Assembly: GCA_964482075.1 (NCBI GenBank) | Contig: CAYZVU010000001.1 | Coordinates: forward strand, 343-64,342 | Source of the DNA: Candidatus Woesearchaeota archaeon | GTDB taxonomy: Archaea; Nanobdellota; Nanobdellia; Pacearchaeales; GW2011-AR1 | Length of the DNA stretch: 64,000 nt | Direction: 5' to 3' | Shown: piece after piece, positions 57,837 to 64,000 of the stretch | Position numbering within the stretch: position 1 is the stretch's first letter | Layout: each line of letters begins with the position of its first letter | Notes under the pieces: model-generated | The model's input: the letters and a program-made list of their open reading frames with translations, nothing else | The model's database searches: none | What the model was told of the DNA's origin: nothing | Made by a program: the position numbers and the translations under genes

Positions 57837-58400
57837 ATGAATGAAGAAATAATAGAAAAAGTGAGAATGTTTGTTGAAGAAGAATGTAAGAAGCCTATCT
57901 CTAAGTATGGGATGGATGCCTTGGAGAATCATTTTAAATCGGTAGTTTTTCATGTAGAAAAATTATCTGATGAATTTGGAGGAGATAAGGAAATTCTTAT
58001 AATTTCTGCTTGGTTACATGATATTGGTTCGGTTATTTACGATCGAAAAAATCATCATATTACAGGGGCTGATATTGCTGAAAAAAAATTGAATGAATTT
58101 AATTATCCTTTAGAAAAAGTTAAAAAAGTTAAACATTGCATTCTTTGCCATAGGGGTTCCCAAAATATTCCTCCAGAGACGATTGAGGCTAAAATTCTTA
58201 TTGAGGCTGATGCTCTTTCTGCTTTTGATTGTTTGAGTGGTCATTTTAAAGCTGCTTTTATATATGAGGGAAAAAATCAATTGGAGGCAAAAAAAGTTGT
58301 AAAAGAAAAATGGATAAATAAATATAAACAACTTTCTGAAATATCAAAAAAATTAGTTAAACCAAAATATGAGGCAGCAATGTTGCTTTTGGGAGATTAA
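57837..58400 (+). CDS. HD-domain phosphohydrolase (start moved)
   Basis: H...V, AWLHDIG, HH..GA, CH, EADALS. Confidence 0.9.
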   Translation: MNEEIIEKVRMFVEEECKKPISKYGMDALENHFKSVVFHVEKLSDEFGGDKEILIISAWLHDIGSVIYDRKNHHITGADIAEKKLNEFNYPLEKVKKVKHCILCHRGSQNIPPETIEAKILIEADALSAFDCLSGHFKAAFIYEGKNQLEAKKVVKEKWINKYKQLSEISKKLVKPKYEAAMLLLGD

Positions 58401-61400
58401 ATGGCATACACAAAAACAACGGAAAAATATTTTAAAGATTTAGAAAAGCAAGTTAGAAAAGTTTATGATATGGCTGAGGAGGCTAAAAAAACAGGATTGG
58501 ATCCTGTGGATAAAGTTGAGATTCCTTTGGCGATGAGTATGGCTGAAAAAGTTGTGGGATTAATTTCTACTGTTTATCCTCAAGTAGAGGGTTCTGGAAT
58601 TGCCAAAAGGATTTTGGAGTTGGAAGATGAATATGGAAAGTTAGACCCTACGGTTGTTTTTAAAATTGCTGAAGAGGTTGCGAAGCAAAAGTATTGTGAA
58701 TTTGTTAGTTTGATTGAGGCTATTACTGCGGGAATTAGGGTTGGAATGGCTTATTATACCCTTGCTGTTGTTGCAAGTCCAATTGAAGGGTTTACTGGAT
58801 TAAAGATTGAGAAGACACGAGAGGGGAAGGAATATTTTAAGGCATATTTCTCGGGGCCTATTCGTAGTGCAGGAACTACTGCTGGGTGTGTTAATTTAAT
58901 GTTGATAGATTATTTGAGAGAACTTTTTGGTTATGCAAAATATGATCCTAGTGATGATGAAGTTGAAAGATATGTTACGGAAATTAATGATTTTCAGGAG
59001 AGAATTACAAATTTACAATATTTCCCATTAGAGGAAGAGATGAGATTTTTGGCAAAGCGTTTGCCAATTCAAGTTGCTGGCGAGCCTAGTGAAAAATTAG
59101 AGGTTTCTAATTATAAAAATTTAGAGAGAGTTGAAACAAATAGATTACGGAGTGGGGTTTGTTTAATTTTAGCAGAAGGGTTGGCGCAAAAAGCTGCGAA
59201 GGGGTTTAGATTATACAATAAGGCAAAAAAAGATGGAATTAAGATGACTGGGTTTGATTGGATTAAAGAGTATGTTGAATTGCATGAAAAATTAACTAAT
59301 GGGGCTGGAAAAAAGATTGGAGATTCTGTGCCGGTTTATATTAAAGATATTGTTGCTGGTCGTCCTGTTTATGGGCATCCTTCGCGTTCAGGTGGTTTTA
59401 GATTTAGATATGGGCTTGCAAGAAATTCTGGGTTTAGTGCTGCTTCGGTTCATCCTGCTACAATGGCAATTACAGATGATTTTATTGCAATTGGTACTCA
59501 GTTAAAAATTGAAAAGCCGACTAAAGGTTGTGTTGTTACTTCTTGTGATTGTATAGATGGGCCTATTATTAAATTATTTAATGGAAGTGTGAAAAAGCCT
59601 CAGACCGCGGAGGAAGCAAGGCGGTTTTACAAAGATACAGAAGAAATAATTTATCTTGGTGATTTTCTTTTTCCGTTTGGCGATGTTGTTAATCGAAATT
59701 CAATGTTGCCAAAGCCAGGCTATGTTGAAGAATGGTGGAATTTAGAATTGGAGAAACTTGGAGGGGAGGTTAAAGATTACTTTAATGTTAGTTTTTTAGA
59801 GGCTGTTGAATTAAGTAAAAAGTTTAATATCCCTTTACATCCGAAATTTATTTTTTATTGGAATGAAATTTCTAAAGAACAATTTTTGGGATTATTAGAA
59901 TGGTTGAAAAATTCTCAGATAAATGAAAAGATTATTTTTCCTTATACTAAAAAAGATCAGGATAAATTTAAGGTTGGGAAAAGAGCGTTGGAATTATTGG
60001 GTATTGGACATGATGTTATTGATGAAAATGTTATTTTAAGTAAAGAAAATAGCTTGGCGCTTTTGGCTAATTTGGGAATTGAAATAAAAGAGGGGGAATT
60101 AAAGGAAAAGATTGAAGATTTTAATAAAAAGTTATTTTTAGAAAATTTAGAAAATAAAAAAACTTTAGAGGTAATTAATAATTTTTCTGAATTTAAAATT
60201 AAAGATAAATCTGGAGACTTTATTGGTTCTCGAATGGGGCGTCCTGAAAAGGCAAAGTTGAGAAAATTAATTGGAAGTCCGAATGTTTTATTTTCTGTTG
60301 GTAAGGAAGGAGGGAGATTAAGAAGTATCCAAGCTGCTTTGGAAGTTGGAAAAATTAGAAGTCAATTCCCGATTTTTTATTGTGAAAAATGTAAGAAAGA
60401 ATCAATTTATGGGAAGTGTGTTTTTTGTGGGGAAAAAACAAAAAAACAATTTTATTTTCATAAATTAAAAGAAAAATCTTTTAGTAAGGTTAGGGATGAT
60501 TCTGAAATGGAAGGGGTTCCTTATTGTACTCAGAATTTGGAGATTAATGATTATTATAATTGTGCTGTTGAAAAAATAAAGATGAAAAAAGAAGAGATTC
60601 CTGCTTTAATTAAGGGAATTCGTGGGATGTCTTCTGAAGAGCGTGTTCCTGAAAATCTTTGTAAGGGTTTACTGAGGGCAAAATATGGACTACAGGTAAA
60701 TAAGGATGGAACGATTCGGATTGATGGAACGGAGTTGCCTTTAACTTCATTTAAACCTAAGGAGATTTTTGTGGGGGTTGAAAAATTAAAAGAGTTGGGT
60801 TATGAAAAAGATATTTATGGGGATGATTTAATTAATGAAAATCAGATTTTAGAACTTTTTCCTCATGATATTCTATTACCATGTTCTCCTAAAACTCCAG
60901 ATGAAAAAGCTGATGAGGTTTTTTTAAATATTGGAAATTTTGTTGATGAGGAGCTAGAGAGATTTTATGGTTTGGATAAATTTTATAATTTTAAGAAAAG
61001 AGAAGATTTAATTGGTGTTCTTGGAGTTTGTATGGCTCCTCATAATTGTGCAGGAGTTGTTTGCAGAATTATTGGATTTGCAAATGTTCTTGGATTATAT
61101 GCTTCTCCTTATATGCATGCTGCAATTCGTCGTGATTGTGATGGGGATGAGATGGCAATTATGTTATTGGGGGATGTTTTGTTAAATTTTTCTAGAAAGT
61201 TTTTGCCAGGGCATAGAGGGGGAACTCAGGATGCGCCATTGGTTTTAAATGCAAAAATTAATGCAGGGGAAGTTGACGATCAAATTTTAGATTTTGAATT
61301 TGTTTCTGGAAGTTATCCTTTAGAATTGTATGAAAAAGCAGAGAAGAGATTGCATTCTTCAGAGGTTAAAGAAATTAAATTATGTAGTGATATTTTAAAG

Positions 61401-61880
61401 GAGGATAGTGATCCTTTTGTTGGGATTGGATTTACTCATGATACTTCTGATTTTAATAAGGGGGTTGTGTGTTCTTCTTATAAAACTTTACCGACGATGC
61501 AAGATAAAGTTAATCATCAGATGGCACTTGTGGAGAAATTGCGTTCTGCGGATACTTCTGATACTGCGCGGTTGATTATTGAAAGACATTTTATGAGAGA
61601 TATTAGGGGTAATTTAAGAAATTTCTCTACGCAGAGTTTTAGGTGTGTTGGGTGTAATGAAATTATTAGGCGTCCTCCGTTGTCTGGAAATTGCCCTATT
61701 TGTAATGGCAAAATAATTTTTACTGTTCATGAGGGTGGGATAAAAAAATATTTAGAACCTGCTTTAACTTTAGCAAAGAAATATAATTTGTCTCCTTATT
61801 TGAAACAAAATTTAGAATTAGTTAAAAGTTATTTAGATAGTATTTTTGGAGAAGAAACAATAAAGGAGGAGAAAGCATAA
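58401..61880 (+). CDS. polC: DNA polymerase D large subunit DP2
   Basis: GPIRSAGT, GGFRFRYG, RMGRPEKA, catalytic CDGDE, GTQDAPL, C-terminal zinc finger. Confidence 0.98.
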   Translation: MAYTKTTEKYFKDLEKQVRKVYDMAEEAKKTGLDPVDKVEIPLAMSMAEKVVGLISTVYPQVEGSGIAKRILELEDEYGKLDPTVVFKIAEEVAKQKYCEFVSLIEAITAGIRVGMAYYTLAVVASPIEGFTGLKIEKTREGKEYFKAYFSGPIRSAGTTAGCVNLMLIDYLRELFGYAKYDPSDDEVERYVTEINDFQERITNLQYFPLEEEMRFLAKRLPIQVAGEPSEKLEVSNYKNLERVETNRLRSGVCLILAEGLAQKAAKGFRLYNKAKKDGIKMTGFDWIKEYVELHEKLTNGAGKKIGDSVPVYIKDIVAGRPVYGHPSRSGGFRFRYGLARNSGFSAASVHPATMAITDDFIAIGTQLKIEKPTKGCVVTSCDCIDGPIIKLFNGSVKKPQTAEEARRFYKDTEEIIYLGDFLFPFGDVVNRNSMLPKPGYVEEWWNLELEKLGGEVKDYFNVSFLEAVELSKKFNIPLHPKFIFYWNEISKEQFLGLLEWLKNSQINEKIIFPYTKKDQDKFKVGKRALELLGIGHDVIDENVILSKENSLALLANLGIEIKEGELKEKIEDFNKKLFLENLENKKTLEVINNFSEFKIKDKSGDFIGSRMGRPEKAKLRKLIGSPNVLFSVGKEGGRLRSIQAALEVGKIRSQFPIFYCEKCKKESIYGKCVFCGEKTKKQFYFHKLKEKSFSKVRDDSEMEGVPYCTQNLEINDYYNCAVEKIKMKKEEIPALIKGIRGMSSEERVPENLCKGLLRAKYGLQVNKDGTIRIDGTELPLTSFKPKEIFVGVEKLKELGYEKDIYGDDLINENQILELFPHDILLPCSPKTPDEKADEVFLNIGNFVDEELERFYGLDKFYNFKKREDLIGVLGVCMAPHNCAGVVCRIIGFANVLGLYASPYMHAAIRRDCDGDEMAIMLLGDVLLNFSRKFLPGHRGGTQDAPLVLNAKINAGEVDDQILDFEFVSGSYPLELYEKAEKRLHSSEVKEIKLCSDILKEDSDPFVGIGFTHDTSDFNKGVVCSSYKTLPTMQDKVNHQMALVEKLRSADTSDTARLIIERHFMRDIRGNLRNFSTQSFRCVGCNEIIRRPPLSGNCPICNGKIIFTVHEGGIKKYLEPALTLAKKYNLSPYLKQNLELVKSYLDSIFGEETIKEEKA

Positions 61881-64000
61881 TGGGATTTGTTCATTTACAC
61901 CTGCATACGGAATATAGTTTATTAGATGGAGCAATAAAAATTAGTGAATTATTTAAGAGGGTTAAGGAGCTTGGGCAAGATGCGGTTGCAATTACAGAAC
62001 ATGGAAATTTACATGCAGTAATTAAAAAATATCAACTTGCAAAAAAGGAAGGTGTTAAATTAATTTTTGGATGCGAGCCTTACTTGGTTGATGATATGAC
62101 TGTGAGGGATAAAAATCAAAAAAGACGTCATTTAATTCTTTTGGCAAAAAATTTAGAGGGGTATAAAAATTTAGTAAAACTTATTTCAATCGCTAATAAA
62201 GAGGGTTTTTATTATGCTCCAAGAATTGATAAGAATCTTCTTAAAAAATATAGTAAAGGGTTGATTTGTACTAGTGCATGTTTGGCAAATGATATTGCTC
62301 AAATGTTAGTTAAAGATGAGGAGGAGAAAGCTAAGGAATTGATTAGGGGATATATTGATATTTTTGGGAAAGATGATTTTTATTTAGAGGTGCATAATCA
62401 TGAAATTCCTGAAGAAGAAAAAGTTAGGGAGTTTTATTATAAGGTTGCAGATGAGTTTGGGGTTAAAATTATTGCAGCTTGTGATGCTCATTATTTAAAA
62501 AAAGAAGATACTCGTGCTCATGAGGTAATGCTTTCTATTCAAACTAATGGAAATATGTCTGACCCAAAGAGGTTCAGATTTAGTGGTGGAGGATATCATA
62601 TTATGAGTGAGGATGAAATGAGAAAATTATTTCCAGGGAGGGATGATGTTATTGAGAATACATTGGAGATTGCAAAGAAGTGTAATGTTGAATTAGATAT
62701 AGGCGATTCTATTTTTCCTGATTTTGAAGTTCCTAAGGAATATGATCATGCTAGTTATTTACATAAATTATGTGAGGAATCTTTAAATATAAAATATAAG
62801 GATGCGGAAAATTTTAAAATTGCGAGAGAGAGAATGGAATTTGAGCTTTCTGTAATCAATAAGATGGGTTTCGCAACTTATTTTTTAATTGTTCATGATT
62901 TTATTTGTGATGCAAAAAAGCATTGTCAGGTTGGTCCTGGTCGTGGAAGTGGGGCGGGTTCAATTGTTGCATATCTTTTGGGGATTACTCAATTAGAACC
63001 TTTGTCTTTAGGGCTTTTGTTTGAAAGATTTCTTAATCCAGATAGAATTTCTCTTCCTGATTTTGATATTGATTTTGGAGATAAGGATGTTGTATTGGAT
63101 TATGTTAGGAAAAAATATGGTTTAGATAAAATTGCGATGATTGGAACTTTTGGAACTATGAGTGCGAAGTCTGTTTTGAAAGATGTAATGAGGGTATTTA
63201 GGATTCCTTTTGAGGAGGCGAATGCAATTACAAAGTTTGTAAATGAAAAAACTATTCAAAAATCTTTAGATGCAAAATCAGAAAAAGGGGATTTTATTGA
63301 GGATGCTTTTGAATTAAGAAAATATAAAGAAAAATATCCAGAAATTTTTAAAATTGCGCAAAGACTTGAGGGAAGTGTAAGACATAGAGGGGTTCATGCT
63401 TGTGGAGTTGTTTGGGGGAAAAAGGCAATTGATGAATATCTTCCTGTCCGATTTGCAAAAGGGGAGATTGTTACACAGGTTGAGGGAGGAGATGTTGAGG
63501 CTTATGGTTTGGTGAAGTTTGATTTTTTAGGGCTAGAGACTTTAAATGTTATAAAAAAAGTTCTTGATAGAATTGGCAAGAGCAGTGAATGGTTAGAGAA
63601 AATTCCAATGGATGATGATTCTGTTTATGAAATGTTGCGGCAACAAAAAAGTATTGGTGTCTTTCAAGTTGAGAGTGAAGGAATGAGAAAAACTTTGAAT
63701 TTGGTTCAACCAACTTGTTTTGATGATATTATTGCAATTGTTGCACTTTATCGTCCAGGCCCGATGCAATATTTGGAAGTTTATGCTGATGGGAAGCATG
63801 GGAGGGGGAAAGTAACTTATCCTCATCCAAAAGCAAAGGATATTTTGGCGCCAACTTATGGGATTATGGTTTATCAAGAACAGGTTATGCAGTTATCAAG
63901 GGCTTTGGCGAATTTTAGTGCAGGAGATTCTGATGTTTTAAGAAAAGCGATTGGTAAGAAAAAAATAGATTTAATGAAAAAGATGGAAGGGCAATTTAAG
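61880..64000 (+). CDS. dnaE: Bacterial-type DNA polymerase III alpha subunit (family C, DnaE); 3'-truncated by the window end, not in ORF track
   Basis: Manual translation: MGFVHLHLHTEYSLLDGA (PHP domain), GPGRGSGAGS, FERFLNPDRISLPDFDIDF, GVHACGV, GLVKFDFLGL, YGIMVYQEQVM, LRKAIGKK. The start, PDFDIDF and the last codon are in the same frame. Confidence 0.96.
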   Translation, partial: MGFVHLHLHTEYSLLDGAIKISELFKRVKELGQDAVAITEHGNLHAVIKKYQLAKKEGVKLIFGCEPYLVDDMTVRDKNQKRRHLILLAKNLEGYKNLVKLISIANKEGFYYAPRIDKNLLKKYSKGLICTSACLANDIAQMLVKDEEEKAKELIRGYIDIFGKDDFYLEVHNHEIPEEEKVREFYYKVADEFGVKIIAACDAHYLKKEDTRAHEVMLSIQTNGNMSDPKRFRFSGGGYHIMSEDEMRKLFPGRDDVIENTLEIAKKCNVELDIGDSIFPDFEVPKEYDHASYLHKLCEESLNIKYKDAENFKIARERMEFELSVINKMGFATYFLIVHDFICDAKKHCQVGPGRGSGAGSIVAYLLGITQLEPLSLGLLFERFLNPDRISLPDFDIDFGDKDVVLDYVRKKYGLDKIAMIGTFGTMSAKSVLKDVMRVFRIPFEEANAITKFVNEKTIQKSLDAKSEKGDFIEDAFELRKYKEKYPEIFKIAQRLEGSVRHRGVHACGVVWGKKAIDEYLPVRFAKGEIVTQVEGGDVEAYGLVKFDFLGLETLNVIKKVLDRIGKSSEWLEKIPMDDDSVYEMLRQQKSIGVFQVESEGMRKTLNLVQPTCFDDIIAIVALYRPGPMQYLEVYADGKHGRGKVTYPHPKAKDILAPTYGIMVYQEQVMQLSRALANFSAGDSDVLRKAIGKKKIDLMKKMEGQFK

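Noticed and set aside
58401..61880. Intein in DP2 or Cdc6
   Set aside because: Lengths are ordinary and the catalytic CDGDE region is uninterrupted.

Overview
AT-rich archaeal chromosome segment. The gene repertoire and style (reduced, lysine-rich proteins, mostly leaderless genes, many class III signal-peptide proteins) fit a DPANN archaeon, most likely Pacearchaeota-like; this assignment is inference. From left to right it carries secE-ftsZ-slyD, aIF5A-L40e-site-2 protease-TYW1, the L1/P0/P1 operon, and the large S10/spc-type ribosomal protein operon. Next come a type IV pilus locus (prepilin peptidase, about 10 pilin-like genes, TadB/C-type membrane protein, ATPase), Hef helicase, a stand-alone 5S rRNA, Rpp21, rpoN, an ABC exporter and L18e-L13-S9. 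The right end is the probable replication-origin region: a serine recombinase with repeated palindromic sites, two convergent coiled-coil/winged-helix genes embedded in DNA motif arrays, an AT-rich oriC with ORB-like boxes, and cdc6-DP1-HD-DP2. DP2 is followed directly by a bacterial-type DnaE (PolIII alpha) gene, which the ORF track misses because it runs off the window. The main candidates for new biology are: (1) DnaE translationally coupled to PolD; (2) an origin-proximal wHTH pair with repeated motifs both inside and around their own coding sequences; (3) a serine recombinase next to a gene flanked by 65-bp direct repeats; and (4) recurrent duplication-flanked or palindromic insertions.
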